A stretch of 64,000 nucleotides of DNA from Reyranellaceae bacterium (GCA_050181585.1 JBFXDA010000013.1:21409-85408), one strand, 5' to 3'; positions 51,668 to 61,627 are shown, counted from the stretch's first letter. Program-made: numbers and translations. Notes: generated by a model not told the origin, from the letters alone.

Positions 51668-52276
51668 CTACTTGGCAGTCAGAGTGCTTACCATCGCACT
51701 CACCTCACTTGGCTCGAACCGTCGCGTATCTGAGCGGCACATGTTGCCAAGCAAAGATCGGCCGTAGCCATAGGCATTGCCACCGGAGAGCAGCGAGAAT
51801 CCGAAGCACTGAAATGGCGCACCTCCGGGCGGGTGAAAACGGAATGTCCGATACGAAATAGATCCGGCGGTTAGAAGGACTGACCAGTCCAAGGCATGAG
51901 GCGCTATCTCTTGGTCATAGTTTTGTATGATTTGGGAGAGTTCCTCGCGGGATGCCCCGCGAATTGCGCTTTCTTGTTCCGCGATCATCAAGGATGCGGA
52001 GTAGATCAATTTATGCGATCCGCTTTCATAGCTACCTGCAATCGCATAGGACCGAAACCTGCCATTCCCGCCTTCAAGCGAAGAATAGTACCCCGTTGCA
52101 ACGCAATGCACGTCTGCCGGTCCCATCAAACGAGATTGGTTGCATGGAATCTCCCGAAAAGTTTGGGCATAAGCAAACTGAGGCAACAATGCGGAGATGC
52201 AGCCTAAAAGAACTAACCAAAATCGATGCCCGACCAAAGGCAAAGCTGCATCCATTTTCTTCTCCCCGAAGATCAC
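51668..52276 (-). CDS. Exported hypothetical protein (start may be the second Met)
   Basis: Signal-peptide-like FWLVLLGCISALLPQFAYA; several Cys; same strand as the lipoprotein gene. Confidence 0.65.
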   Translation of the reverse strand: MIFGEKKMDAALPLVGHRFWLVLLGCISALLPQFAYAQTFREIPCNQSRLMGPADVHCVATGYYSSLEGGNGRFRSYAIAGSYESGSHKLIYSASLMIAEQESAIRGASREELSQIIQNYDQEIAPHALDWSVLLTAGSISYRTFRFHPPGGAPFQCFGFSLLSGGNAYGYGRSLLGNMCRSDTRRFEPSEVSAMVSTLTAK

Positions 52277-52536
52277 ATGCCAAGAAGCATATCCGCAGTG
52301 AACACGGGAATACTATCCACTATCAGTTGTATTGTTATATTAAATAGTCATCATATGTGGTGCGAACGATTCAAAGTAGCTCTCGGCCATTGTATTGGTC
52401 GTTAGTGGACCTACTCAATTGATTGAGGATGATAAGTGAACCCAGCAGACTATTCTAAGAGGAAACAGCGAAAATTGAATCAGCATAACCAACGCTCAAC
52501 AGAAACCCGTAAGATCCGTAGAAACATTAACCATTA

Positions 52537-52586
52537 CTACAATGGCATTGTTGAGCTCAGCGGTTCGATCTCGCTTGGCTCCACCA
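52537..52586 (+). repeat. Degenerate third copy of the tRNA-Ala 3' end (older attR)
   Basis: ctacaatggcattgttgagctcagcggttcgatctcgcttggctccacca: three mismatches to the tRNA. Confidence 0.9.
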
Positions 52587-52709
52587 ACAAAGACAAGGGC
52601 CCGCCGGCAACGGTCGGGCCCTTCGCTTTTGCGCCGCGCCGTTGCCGGCCCGCATTGTCGTCCGCATCGTTCGCCGATTAAGCTACCGGAAAAGGGGAGA
52701 AGGCACGGC

Positions 52710-53879
52710 ATGAGCGGCTCCGCTGGCAAGAAACCGGTCGAAAACTGGACGGCGATCTACGAAGAGGCCCGCGCGCGCATGATCGCGCGGCTGCGCACGA
52801 CCATCGCCGAACCGCTCGATGGCTGGCCCGACCATGCCGATCCCAAGACCGGCAAGTGGATCACCAAGCACGACGGCGACTGCACCGGCGGTTTCTTCGC
52901 CGGCTGGCTGTGGCTGGCCGGGCGCCAGCATCCCGAACTGCTGCCCGCGGCGCGTCAGTGGGGCTATGGGCTGAAGCGGCGGCTGCGCTCGAAGACGCAT
53001 TATCGCGGCATGCTGTTCTATCAGGGCGTGCTGCTGGGCCGGCTGCTGCATGGCGAGGCGGAAGCGCGGCAGCTCACCATCGACGTCGCCCGCGCGCTGG
53101 CCGACGATTTCAACCCGGCCGCCGGCGTCATCGGCCTAGGCGAGGAAGGCGAGGAGACCTCCAATCTCGGCCCGGGCGAAACCACGGTCGACGCCATCGG
53201 CATGATCGTGGCCTGCCTGACCTATGCCGCCAACGAGACCGGCGAGGAGCGCCTGCGCCAGATGGCCAGAAGCCACGCGCTGAAGCACATCGACTGGTGC
53301 GTGCGCGCCGACGGCTCGGTGTGCCAGTCGGCCTCGTTCGATGTGGAGAGCGGCGCGCTGACGCGGCGCTACACCCACAAGGGCTACTCGCCGGAAAGCA
53401 CCTGGGGCCGGGCACAAGCCTGGTCGATGCTGGGCTATGCGCTGAGCGCGCTGTGGCAGCCGCAGGAGCCGCTGTTCCTGAAGACCGCGCAGCGCATCGC
53501 CGACTGGTGGATCGCGCATGTGCCAGCCGATGGCATCTCGTACTGGGATTTCGGCGATCCGCGCATTCCGAACACCTGGCGCGACACGTCGGCGCCGGCC
53601 ATGGTGTCGGCGGCGCTGTTCAAGATCGCCGGGCTGACCAGGGATCCGGCGCAGAGCGCCAAATATCGCCAGGCGGCCGAGCACGGCGTGCGCACCATGG
53701 TAAGGGAATGGCTGACGCCGCTGGGGCCAAACGAACAGCGGCCGGAAGGCATGCTGATCGGCGCCTGCTATCACCCGACCATCGGCCATGCCGTCGATTG
53801 CGAGGCGGTGTGGCCCGACTACTACCTGTTCGAATCGCTCGAGGTGCTGACCGGCCGGCTGAAGGAAGCGGAGATCTAG
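52710..53879 (+). CDS. GH88/unsaturated glucuronyl hydrolase-like (alpha/alpha)6-barrel protein
   Basis: TGGFFAGWLW, TTVDA, STWGRAQAW, YWDF, RDTSAPA, DYYLFESL. Confidence 0.8.
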   Translation: MSGSAGKKPVENWTAIYEEARARMIARLRTTIAEPLDGWPDHADPKTGKWITKHDGDCTGGFFAGWLWLAGRQHPELLPAARQWGYGLKRRLRSKTHYRGMLFYQGVLLGRLLHGEAEARQLTIDVARALADDFNPAAGVIGLGEEGEETSNLGPGETTVDAIGMIVACLTYAANETGEERLRQMARSHALKHIDWCVRADGSVCQSASFDVESGALTRRYTHKGYSPESTWGRAQAWSMLGYALSALWQPQEPLFLKTAQRIADWWIAHVPADGISYWDFGDPRIPNTWRDTSAPAMVSAALFKIAGLTRDPAQSAKYRQAAEHGVRTMVREWLTPLGPNEQRPEGMLIGACYHPTIGHAVDCEAVWPDYYLFESLEVLTGRLKEAEI

Positions 53880-53902
53880 CTTTTTCGCTCCGGCTGCCGT
53901 TG

Positions 53903-53916
53903 TTGATCAGCATCAA
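53903..53916. promoter_or_regulatory. FNR/FnrL/FixK box
   Basis: Perfect TTGAT-cagc-ATCAA, 35 bp upstream of the hemN ATG. Confidence 0.85.
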
Positions 53917-53950
53917 AGCCCCGGCTGGCGCCCGCGGCTAATCTGCGTTC

Positions 53951-55318
53951 ATGACGCGGACGGACGATTTGCAGGCGGTGATCGCCAAATACGCCGCGCG
54001 GCCGACGCCGCGCTATACCAGCTATCCGACCGCACCGCATTTCCAGCCCGATTTCCCGCCGGCGCAGTACCGGCGATGGCTGCGGCAAACCGATCCGCGC
54101 CAGCCGATCTCGCTCTATCTGCATGTGCCGTTCTGCCGGCGCATGTGCTGGTACTGCGGCTGCAACATGAAGCTCGCCGCCCGCTACGCGCCGGTCGCCG
54201 ACTATGTCGCCACGCTTGTGGCCGAGATCGATCTGGTGGCGCAGGCGCTGGGGACGCGGCGCAGCGTCGGCCATCTGCACTGGGGCGGCGGCACGCCGAC
54301 CTCGCTGACGCCCGACGATTTCGCCCGCGTCATGGAGCGGCTGCGCGGGAGATTCGACATCGCCGCCGGCGCGGAGATCGCCGTCGAGACCGATCCGCGC
54401 ACGCTCTCCGGCGAGATGATGGCGCGGCTGGGCGCGGAGGGCGTCACCCGCGCCAGCTTCGGCGTGCAGGAGTTCGACGCGCAGGTGCAGCAGGCGATCA
54501 ACCGCATCCAGCCGCCCGAGATGGTGGCGCGCGCCGTCGCCGGCCTGCGCGGCGCGGGCATCGCCGGCATCAACTTCGACCTGATCTACGGGCTGCCGCA
54601 TCAAAGCGTCGCCACCTTGGCCCGGACCATCGAGCTCTGCGCCGCCATGCGGCCCGATCGGGTGGCGCTGTTCGGCTATGCGCATGTGCCATGGATGGCG
54701 AAGAACCAGCGCCTGATCGAGGAAAGCGCGCTCCCCGACGCTTCGGCACGAGCCGCACAGGCCCTGGCGGCGGAGCAGGCTTTGCAGGCGGGCGGCTACC
54801 AGAGCATCGGCATCGACCACTATGCCCTGCCGGGCGATGCGCTGGCTGTCGCGGCGCGCAACGGCGCCTTGCGGCGCAACTTCCAGGGCTACACCACCGA
54901 CACGGCCGAAACCCTGATCGGGCTGGGCGTTACGGCCATCGGCCGCACGCGCGCGGGCTATGTCCAGAACATCGCCGAAACCGGCGCCTGGGCGCGCGCG
55001 GTGCAGGCCGGCCTCCTGCCGGTTGCCAAGGGACGCGCGATCTGCGGCGAGGACCGCCTGCGCGGCCATGTCATCGAACGCATCATGTGCGATGGCGCGA
55101 TCGATTGCGCGGCGGCCGGCGAGCGCTTCGGCGCGCCGGCCGGCTGGTGCGAGGAGGCCCTGCTCGAGCTGGCGCCGCTGGAGCGCGATGGCGTGCTGTC
55201 GCGGCAAGACGGGACGATCCGCATCGATCCCCGCGCCCGGCCGCTGGCGCGGGTGGTGGCGGCGGCTTTCGATGCCCATCTCGGCGCCGGCAAGGGACGG
55301 CATGCGGCGACGGTATGA
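53951..55318 (+). CDS. hemN: Oxygen-independent coproporphyrinogen III oxidase (radical SAM)
   Basis: PRYTSYPTAPHF, YLHVPFCRRMCWYCGC, HWGGGTPT, RRNFQGYT. Confidence 0.96.
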   Translation: MTRTDDLQAVIAKYAARPTPRYTSYPTAPHFQPDFPPAQYRRWLRQTDPRQPISLYLHVPFCRRMCWYCGCNMKLAARYAPVADYVATLVAEIDLVAQALGTRRSVGHLHWGGGTPTSLTPDDFARVMERLRGRFDIAAGAEIAVETDPRTLSGEMMARLGAEGVTRASFGVQEFDAQVQQAINRIQPPEMVARAVAGLRGAGIAGINFDLIYGLPHQSVATLARTIELCAAMRPDRVALFGYAHVPWMAKNQRLIEESALPDASARAAQALAAEQALQAGGYQSIGIDHYALPGDALAVAARNGALRRNFQGYTTDTAETLIGLGVTAIGRTRAGYVQNIAETGAWARAVQAGLLPVAKGRAICGEDRLRGHVIERIMCDGAIDCAAAGERFGAPAGWCEEALLELAPLERDGVLSRQDGTIRIDPRARPLARVVAAAFDAHLGAGKGRHAATV

Positions 55319-55322
55319 GCGT

Positions 55323-56018
55323 TCAGCGGCGCCCGGCCGCCGTTTCCAGAAGCTTCACCACGTCGCTCTGGCCCTTGCTTTTGGCATGACCGAGCGCGGT
55401 GGCGCCGGCCCGGTCGCCGATATCGGCGCGCGCGCCGGCGGCCAGCAGCAGGCGCACGATCTCGACGTGGCGCGGCCCGCCATCGCCCAGGATCACCGCC
55501 TCCAGCAGCGCCGTCCAGCCAAGGTTGTTGACGTGGTCGAGCGGCGCGCCGGCCGCGATCAGCGCCCGCACCGGCTCGACATGGCCCAGATGCGCCGCCG
55601 CGATCAGCGCCGTGCCCTGGTAGGGGCTGGTGATGTTCCTGGCGCTGTTGCCGCCGTCGATGGCGATCTTCACCATGCGCGCATCGTCGCGCACGGCGGC
55701 GATGGTGATCAGATCGTATTGCCGGCTGTCGAGCGCATTGGCGTCGGCGGCCTGCTGCAGCAGCAGGCGGGCCATGTCGTAATGCCCGCCATGGCCGGCG
55801 ACATGCAGCGGCGTGCGGCCATGGCCGTCGCGCGCGTCGAGATCGGCGCCGCCGGCGATCAGTGCCGTTGCCGCCGCCACGTCGCCCGCCGCCGCCGCGG
55901 CATGCAGGCCGCGATAGGCGGCGATCTCCGCCGGGCTCGGCGGCACCTGCGCCAGCGCGGCCGGCGCCAGCATCGCCAGAACCAGCGCGGCAAGCAGCGG
56001 CAGCAACGTATTGCGCAT
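55323..56018 (-). CDS. Exported ankyrin-repeat protein
   Basis: Signal peptide MRNTLLPLLAAL...AQ; GRTPLHVA, GTALIAAA, GWTALLEA, GATALGHA. Confidence 0.88.
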   Translation of the reverse strand: MRNTLLPLLAALVLAMLAPAALAQVPPSPAEIAAYRGLHAAAAAGDVAAATALIAGGADLDARDGHGRTPLHVAGHGGHYDMARLLLQQAADANALDSRQYDLITIAAVRDDARMVKIAIDGGNSARNITSPYQGTALIAAAHLGHVEPVRALIAAGAPLDHVNNLGWTALLEAVILGDGGPRHVEIVRLLLAAGARADIGDRAGATALGHAKSKGQSDVVKLLETAAGRR

Positions 56019-56098
56019 GGCGATCTCCTTCCCGTCGTTTCGGCGGCCCGGCATACTGAGCTTACACAAAAACCGCGCGCCTGCGCCGGGGTGGAAAC

Positions 56099-57187
56099 GT
56101 GCCGCAGAAGACAGTCCTCATCGCCGGCGCCAGCGGCCTGATCGGCCGCGCCGCCATCGAGCATTTCGCGCGCCAGGACGGCTGGCGCGTGGTCGCCCTG
56201 TCGCGGCGCGAGCCGGAGACCGCGGTCGCGGTCGAGCATCTGGCGGTCGATCTCCTCGACCAGGCGGCGGTCGCGGCCGCCGCGCCGCGCCTGCAGAACG
56301 TCACCCATCTGGTCTATGCCGCGCTGATGGAACAGCCGGGCCTGGTGCGCGGCTGGCAGGATCGCGCGCAGATGGACGCCAACATCGCCATGCTGCGCCA
56401 TCTGTTCGAGCCGCTGGAGCAACACGCCAAGGGCTTGCGTCACGTCAGCTCGTTCCAGGGCACCAAGGCCTATGGCGTGCACCTGCATCCCATACCGGTG
56501 CCCGCGCGCGAGAGCGCGCCGCGCGACGGCCACGAAAACTTCTACTGGCTGCAGGAGGACTATCTGCGCAGCCGGCGCGCCGCCGCGACGTGGTCGCTGA
56601 CCATCTGGCGGCCGCAGCTCGTCTTCGGACATGCCAATGGCAGCCCGATGAACGTCCTGGCCGCGCTGGCCGCCTATGCCGTCGTCCGCCGCGAGCAAGG
56701 TCTGCCCTTCTCGTATCCCGGCGGCGCGCGCTATCCCAACGAGGCGATCGACGCGCGGCTGATCGCGCGCGCCTTGCAGTGGGCGGCGACCAGCGACAAG
56801 GCCGCCGACCAGACCTTCAACGTCACCAACGGCGACGTCTTCGACTGGCCCTCGCTATGGCCGGCGCTGGCGGAGATTTTCGGCATGGCGGCGGGACCGC
56901 CCGAACCGCACCTTCTTGCCGACACGCTGCCGGCGCAGGAAGGGATCTGGCGGCGGGCGCGGCGCCGTCATGGGCTGCGCGACATCGGCCTGAAGGAATT
57001 CGTCGGCGACTCGCTGCAATACGCCGATTTCCTGTTCGCCTCCCACGCCAAACGCCCGCCGCCGCCGGTGCTGGTCAGCACCGTCAAGCTGCGCCAGGCC
57101 GGCTTCGGCGACTGCATCGACACGGTGCAAATGCTGCGCGAGCTGGTCGACGACATGCGCCGCCGGGGCCATCTGCCGCAGGATTAG
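56099..57187 (+). CDS. Extended SDR oxidoreductase, PRISE/progesterone-5-beta-reductase-like
   Basis: VLIAGASGLIG, QGTKAYG, NFYWLQEDYL. Confidence 0.82.
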   Translation: MPQKTVLIAGASGLIGRAAIEHFARQDGWRVVALSRREPETAVAVEHLAVDLLDQAAVAAAAPRLQNVTHLVYAALMEQPGLVRGWQDRAQMDANIAMLRHLFEPLEQHAKGLRHVSSFQGTKAYGVHLHPIPVPARESAPRDGHENFYWLQEDYLRSRRAAATWSLTIWRPQLVFGHANGSPMNVLAALAAYAVVRREQGLPFSYPGGARYPNEAIDARLIARALQWAATSDKAADQTFNVTNGDVFDWPSLWPALAEIFGMAAGPPEPHLLADTLPAQEGIWRRARRRHGLRDIGLKEFVGDSLQYADFLFASHAKRPPPPVLVSTVKLRQAGFGDCIDTVQMLRELVDDMRRRGHLPQD

Positions 57188-57332
57188 CGTGCCATATCAA
57201 GTGTTTGACCTGCCGGGGCGTGGTCCGCCCGGATCGCGGCGGGCCCTTGATTTCGGGCCGTGGATGACCAAATGTTCATTTGCCGGCAGCGTAACCGCCG
57301 GCTGTCGGGTGCCTTCGGGGCCCGCCCCTGCG

Positions 57333-57360
57333 CTTCGCTCGTTACGAGGAGGATGCAATG
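57333..57360 (+). promoter_or_regulatory. ROSE-like RNA thermometer hairpin over the ibpA ribosome-binding site
   Basis: CUUCGCUCG-UUA-CGAGGAG: UCGCU motif with bulged G pairing with the SD. Confidence 0.65.
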
Positions 57361-57819
57361 TCCCGCCTGTCGCTGTTCAACAGCCCCCTGATGCTGGGGT
57401 TCGATCACTTCGAGCGCACGCTCGAGCGGATCGCCAAGAACGGTGACGGCTATCCGCCTTACAACATCGAACGCATCGGCGACAACGGCCTGCGCATCAC
57501 GCTGGCCGTGGCCGGGTTCGCCGCCGGCGACCTCGCCATCGAACTGGTCGAGAACCAGCTCGTGGTGCGCGGCCGCCAGGAGGACGATCCGGAGCGCGTC
57601 TACCTGCATCGCGGCATCGCCGCGCGGCAGTTCCAGCGCAGCTTCATGCTGGCCGAAGGCATCGAGGTGAAGGGCGCCAGGCTCGACAACGGCTTGCTGC
57701 ATGTCGAGCTGGAACGCCCGCCGCAGGAAGTGCGGGTGCGCAACATCGCCATCGAGACCGCCGAGGGCAAGACCGCGCGCACGCTCGACCTGAAGGCCGA
57801 GAAGCCGACCGGCAAATGA
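57358..57819 (+). CDS. ibpA: Small heat-shock protein (Hsp20)
   Basis: SPLMLGFDHF, YPPYNIE, LAVAGF, LHRGIAARQFQRSF. Confidence 0.92.
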   Translation: MSRLSLFNSPLMLGFDHFERTLERIAKNGDGYPPYNIERIGDNGLRITLAVAGFAAGDLAIELVENQLVVRGRQEDDPERVYLHRGIAARQFQRSFMLAEGIEVKGARLDNGLLHVELERPPQEVRVRNIAIETAEGKTARTLDLKAEKPTGK

Positions 57820-57887
57820 CCTCGCCGGCTCCCCGCCGGGGACGCCGCGCGACGTCGATGCGTAGAGTAATGTAAGTGAGGTGCAAA

Positions 57888-58106
57888 ATGCCTGAAGCTA
57901 TCGATCTTCGTTCGCTCAACAGCCAGCAACTGGCCGGTTTCGGGCTGGAGCAGATCGCCTATATCAAGAAAGTGGAGCTGGCCCAGGGCCTGACGGGCTT
58001 CGGCATCTTCAGCGCCGATGGCCGCCCGGTCGCCGTCGCCGAGACGGTCGAGATGGCGCAGGCGGTGATCCGCCAGCACGAACTCGAGCCGGTCCACATC
58101 CACTAA
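57888..58106 (+). CDS. DUF1150 family protein
   Basis: IAYIKKV..IFSADGRPVAV..IRQHELEPVHIH; typical neighbour of ibpA. Confidence 0.8.
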   Translation: MPEAIDLRSLNSQQLAGFGLEQIAYIKKVELAQGLTGFGIFSADGRPVAVAETVEMAQAVIRQHELEPVHIH

Positions 58107-58130
58107 CGCTCGCCACACGCCGCCTGGCGC

Positions 58131-58598
58131 TCAGGCGGCGTGGGTGGCGGCGTTGCCGTCGGTCAGCAGGATATAGAGCGCGTCGGCGGTGTCGGTCTTG
58201 CGCAGCTTCTCGCACACCGCCTGATCGCGCAGCAGGCGCGAGACGCGCGCCAGCGCCTTGAGATGGTCGGCGCCGGCCGTCTCCGGCGCCAGCAGCAGGA
58301 AGATCAGGTCGACCGGCCGCTCGTCGATCGCCTCGAAGTCGATCGGCGTCGACAGCCGCGCGAACACGCCGTGCAGCTTCTTCAGGCCCGCCAGCTTGCC
58401 GTGCGGGATGGCGATGCCGTTGCCCACCCCCGTCGTGCCCAGCCGCTCGCGCTCCAGCAGCACGTCGAAAATCTGCCGCTCGTGCAGGCCGGTGATGGCG
58501 GCGGCGCGCTCGGCCAGCTCCTGCAGCGCCTGCTTCTTGCTGGTGGCGCGCAGATCGGCGATGACCGAATTCGGCCCGATGAGATCGGCGATTTCCAT
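58131..58598 (-). CDS. ptsN: PTS EIIA-Ntr
   Basis: ERERLGTTGVGNGIAIPHGK, ADHLKALARVSR. Confidence 0.95.
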   Translation of the reverse strand: MEIADLIGPNSVIADLRATSKKQALQELAERAAAITGLHERQIFDVLLERERLGTTGVGNGIAIPHGKLAGLKKLHGVFARLSTPIDFEAIDERPVDLIFLLLAPETAGADHLKALARVSRLLRDQAVCEKLRKTDTADALYILLTDGNAATHAA

Positions 58599-58620
58599 GG
58601 CTTCCCTTTCGCGGGGCCGC

Positions 58621-59220
58621 TCAGCCGTTGAGAGTGCGGTGCAGGTTCCGGGGATCGACCCAGCCGATGTTGCCGTCGGGCCGCCGGTAGACCATGTTCA
58701 GCCCGCCATGGGCGCTGTTGCGGAACATCATCGCCGCGTCCCCCGTCAGATCCAGGCGCATCACCGCCTCGCCCACGGTCAGCGTGTGCAGGCGAGTCTG
58801 CATCTCGGCAATCACAACAGGATCGAGCCTTTCCGGTTCCTGATGGCCCTCGGCATGGTCCTCGGGCTCGCCGCGCAGCACGAATTGCTGCACGGCGACG
58901 CTTTCGATCTCGCTGGCCTGCGCGGCGTTGTGGTCGCGCAGGCGCCGCTTGTAGCGCCGCAGCCGCTTGCCGATGCGCTCCAGCGCCCGGTCGAAGCAGA
59001 GATAGGCGTCCTCGGCCGTCGCTTCGGCCTGCATGAAGATACCCCGCCGGGCATGGACCTGGATATCGCAACGCAGCAAATGCGCCTCGCGCGAGAACTG
59101 CACCGAGCCGTCCAGGGCATGGTCGAAGTACTTGGCGACGGTGCTTTCCAGCGCCGCGCGAACATGCTGCTGCAAAGCGTCGCCGATGTCGATCTGCTTG
59201 CCGCTAATCGAGAGTTTCAT
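58621..59220 (-). CDS. hpf: Ribosome hibernation promoting factor (long HPF)
   Basis: SGKQIDIGDAL, KRLRRYKRRL, LTVGEAVMRLDL, YRRPDGNIGW; ATG at 59220. Confidence 0.93.
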   Translation of the reverse strand: MKLSISGKQIDIGDALQQHVRAALESTVAKYFDHALDGSVQFSREAHLLRCDIQVHARRGIFMQAEATAEDAYLCFDRALERIGKRLRRYKRRLRDHNAAQASEIESVAVQQFVLRGEPEDHAEGHQEPERLDPVVIAEMQTRLHTLTVGEAVMRLDLTGDAAMMFRNSAHGGLNMVYRRPDGNIGWVDPRNLHRTLNG

Positions 59221-59313
59221 CAACAGAACCAGATACTTATGGCGGGCAAAGTCCATCGGGCCGAGGCCGGCCGCTCGATGCGGCGCGCACCTTAGTGACG
59301 GGGCCAGTCCGAG

Positions 59314-60843
59314 TCAAGAATGCCCCGGATCGACCTCTCCTGGAGATAGGGCGGAACCGCCCCCGCGCAATGGCGCCATCCCCTCCTGGCGGCCGGCGCC
59401 CAGCAGCAGCAGCGACTTTTCCCGCCGACGCTGGGCGGAGGAGGGAATGCCCAGCGCGTCGCGATATTTCGCCACCGTGCGGCGGGCGATCGCCACGCCC
59501 TCCTCGTGCAGCAGGCTGACGATGCGGTCGTCCGACAGCGGCCCGTCCGGCGGTTCGGCCTCGATCAGGGCGCGGATGCGGTCGCGCACGGCCTCCGACG
59601 TCACCGAATCGCCGGCCGCGTTCACGGCCGGCAGGCTGGAGGTGAAGAAATATTTCAGTTCGAAGATGCCGCGCGGGGTGGCCATGAACTTGTTGGTGGT
59701 GACGCGGCTGATGGTGCTTTCGTGCAGCTCCACGGCGATGGCGATGTCGCGCAGCACCAGCGGCCGCAATCCCGCGACGCCGCGGCGGAAGAAACCCTCC
59801 TGCTGGCGCACGATCTCGCGCGCCACGCGCAGGATGGTGTTGGCGCGCTGGTCCAGCGCCTTGACCAGCCAGGACGCGTTCTGCAGCCGCTCGGTGATGA
59901 ATTCGCGCGCCGCCCGGTCGCGCGCGCCCTGCAGCAGCGTGGCGTGGTACTGCCGGTCGACCAGCACGCGCGGCAGCGCCTCGTTGTTCAGTTCGATGAT
60001 CCACGAACCGTCGGGGGCGGCGCGCAGATAGAGGTCGGGCACCAGCGTCTGGGTCACCGGCGCGTCGAAGCGCTGGCCCGGCTTGGGGTCGAGCTGGCGC
60101 AATTCGCCCAGCATCTGCGCCAGGTCCTCGCCGTCGACGCCGCAGCGGCGCATGAGCTGGGCGAAATCCCGCTTCGCCACCAGGTCGAGATTGTCCAGCA
60201 GCGCCTGCATCGCCGGATCGAGCCGGTCGCGCTCGGCAAGCTGCAGCGCCAGGCATTCCGCCAGCGAGCGGGCGAAGATGCCCGCCGGCTCGAAGCGCTG
60301 CAGGCGGCGCAGCACGGCGGCGACCGCGTCGGCCGCCACGCCCAGCCGCTCGGCCACGTCCTGCAGATCGGCGTCGATATAGCCCGCCGCATCCAGCAGC
60401 CCGGCCAGGTCGAGCGCCACCAGCCGCTCGCCGGGATCGGCGAATTCCAGGCCGATCTGCGCCAGCACGTGCTCGCGCAGGGTCAGCGCCTGGCCCAGCG
60501 ACTGCAGCGGATCGAAATCCTCGCCGTCGAAGCGCCCGCCCGCGCCCCAATCCGGCGCGTCGCCCGCGGCCGGCTCCGCCGGCGTCTCCTCGCCGCGCGG
60601 ATCGAAGGCCTCGGCGCCGTCCTCGGCGGTATCGCCCCCGGCCGCGGCTTCCTCGGCGGCCGGCGCGGCCGCCTCGCCGTCCCCCTCCTCCGCCGCCAGC
60701 AGCGGGTTCTGCTCCAGCTCGGCCTCGACGAACTGGGCCAGTTCGAGCTGGTTGAGCTGCAGCAGCTTGATCGCCTGCTGCAATTGCGGCGTCATCACCA
60801 GCGCCTGGCGCTGCCCGAGAACGAGTTTGGGCGCCAGGCTCAT
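59314..60843 (-). CDS. rpoN: RNA polymerase sigma-54 factor
   Basis: MTPQLQQAIKLLQL, LHESTISRVT, ARRTVAKYR (RpoN box). Confidence 0.97.
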   Translation of the reverse strand: MSLAPKLVLGQRQALVMTPQLQQAIKLLQLNQLELAQFVEAELEQNPLLAAEEGDGEAAAPAAEEAAAGGDTAEDGAEAFDPRGEETPAEPAAGDAPDWGAGGRFDGEDFDPLQSLGQALTLREHVLAQIGLEFADPGERLVALDLAGLLDAAGYIDADLQDVAERLGVAADAVAAVLRRLQRFEPAGIFARSLAECLALQLAERDRLDPAMQALLDNLDLVAKRDFAQLMRRCGVDGEDLAQMLGELRQLDPKPGQRFDAPVTQTLVPDLYLRAAPDGSWIIELNNEALPRVLVDRQYHATLLQGARDRAAREFITERLQNASWLVKALDQRANTILRVAREIVRQQEGFFRRGVAGLRPLVLRDIAIAVELHESTISRVTTNKFMATPRGIFELKYFFTSSLPAVNAAGDSVTSEAVRDRIRALIEAEPPDGPLSDDRIVSLLHEEGVAIARRTVAKYRDALGIPSSAQRRREKSLLLLGAGRQEGMAPLRGGGSALSPGEVDPGHS

Positions 60844-60847
60844 GGCG

Positions 60848-61627
60848 CTACAGGGTGAAGGTTTCGCCGAGATAGACCCGGCGCACGTCGGCGTTGGCGA
60901 CGATTTCCGCCGGCATGCCCTCGGCCAGCACCGCGCCGTCGTGCAGGATGTAGGCGCGGTCGATGATGTCGAGCGTCTCGCGCACCTTGTGGTCGGTGAT
61001 CAGCACGCCGATGCCGCGATCCTTCAGGTGCGAGACCAGGTTGCGGATGTCGTTGACGGCGATCGGGTCGATGCCGGCCAGCGGCTCGTCGAGCAGGATG
61101 AACTGCGGCCGGGCCGCCAGGGCGCGCGCGATCTCCACGCGCCGGCGCTCGCCGCCCGACAGCGCCATGGCCGGGGTGTCGCGCAGCGCATCGATGCGGA
61201 ACTCCTGCAGCAGCGCGTCGACCAGCCGTTCGCGCTCCTTGCGGTCGGGTTCGACCAGCTCCAGCACGGCGCGCAGATTGTCGGCCACGGTCATGCCGCG
61301 GAACACCGAGGATTCCTGCGGCAGGTAGCCGACGCCGAGCTGGGCGCGCTTGTACATGGGCAGATGGGTGATGTCCTGCCCGTCGAGCAGGATCTGGCCG
61401 CGATCGGCGGCGATCAGGCCGGTGATGATGTAGAAGCAGGTGGTCTTGCCCGCGCCGTTGGGGCCCAGCAGCCCGACCGCCTCGCCGCGGCGGACCGAGA
61501 GCGACACCCCGCGCAGCGCCTTGCGCTTGTTGTAGGTCTTCTCCAGGTCGTGGACCACCAGGCCGCTGCCGTCGAGTTCGTGCGCCGCGCCGTTGGCGCC
61601 GTTCAGCTTGCGTCCGAACAGTCCCAT
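60848..61627 (-). CDS. lptB: LPS export ABC transporter ATPase
   Basis: [42 protein letters not shown]. Confidence 0.96.
   Translation of the reverse strand: MGLFGRKLNGANGAAHELDGSGLVVHDLEKTYNKRKALRGVSLSVRRGEAVGLLGPNGAGKTTCFYIITGLIAADRGQILLDGQDITHLPMYKRAQLGVGYLPQESSVFRGMTVADNLRAVLELVEPDRKERERLVDALLQEFRIDALRDTPAMALSGGERRRVEIARALAARPQFILLDEPLAGIDPIAVNDIRNLVSHLKDRGIGVLITDHKVRETLDIIDRAYILHDGAVLAEGMPAEIVANADVRRVYLGETFTL

Larger units (their letters stand above)
50790..52586. mobile_element. Remnant AT-richer islet (about 1.8 kb) bounded by a degenerate third tRNA 3' copy; no integrase
   Basis: Abrupt GC drop; repeat at 52537-52586. Confidence 0.8.
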
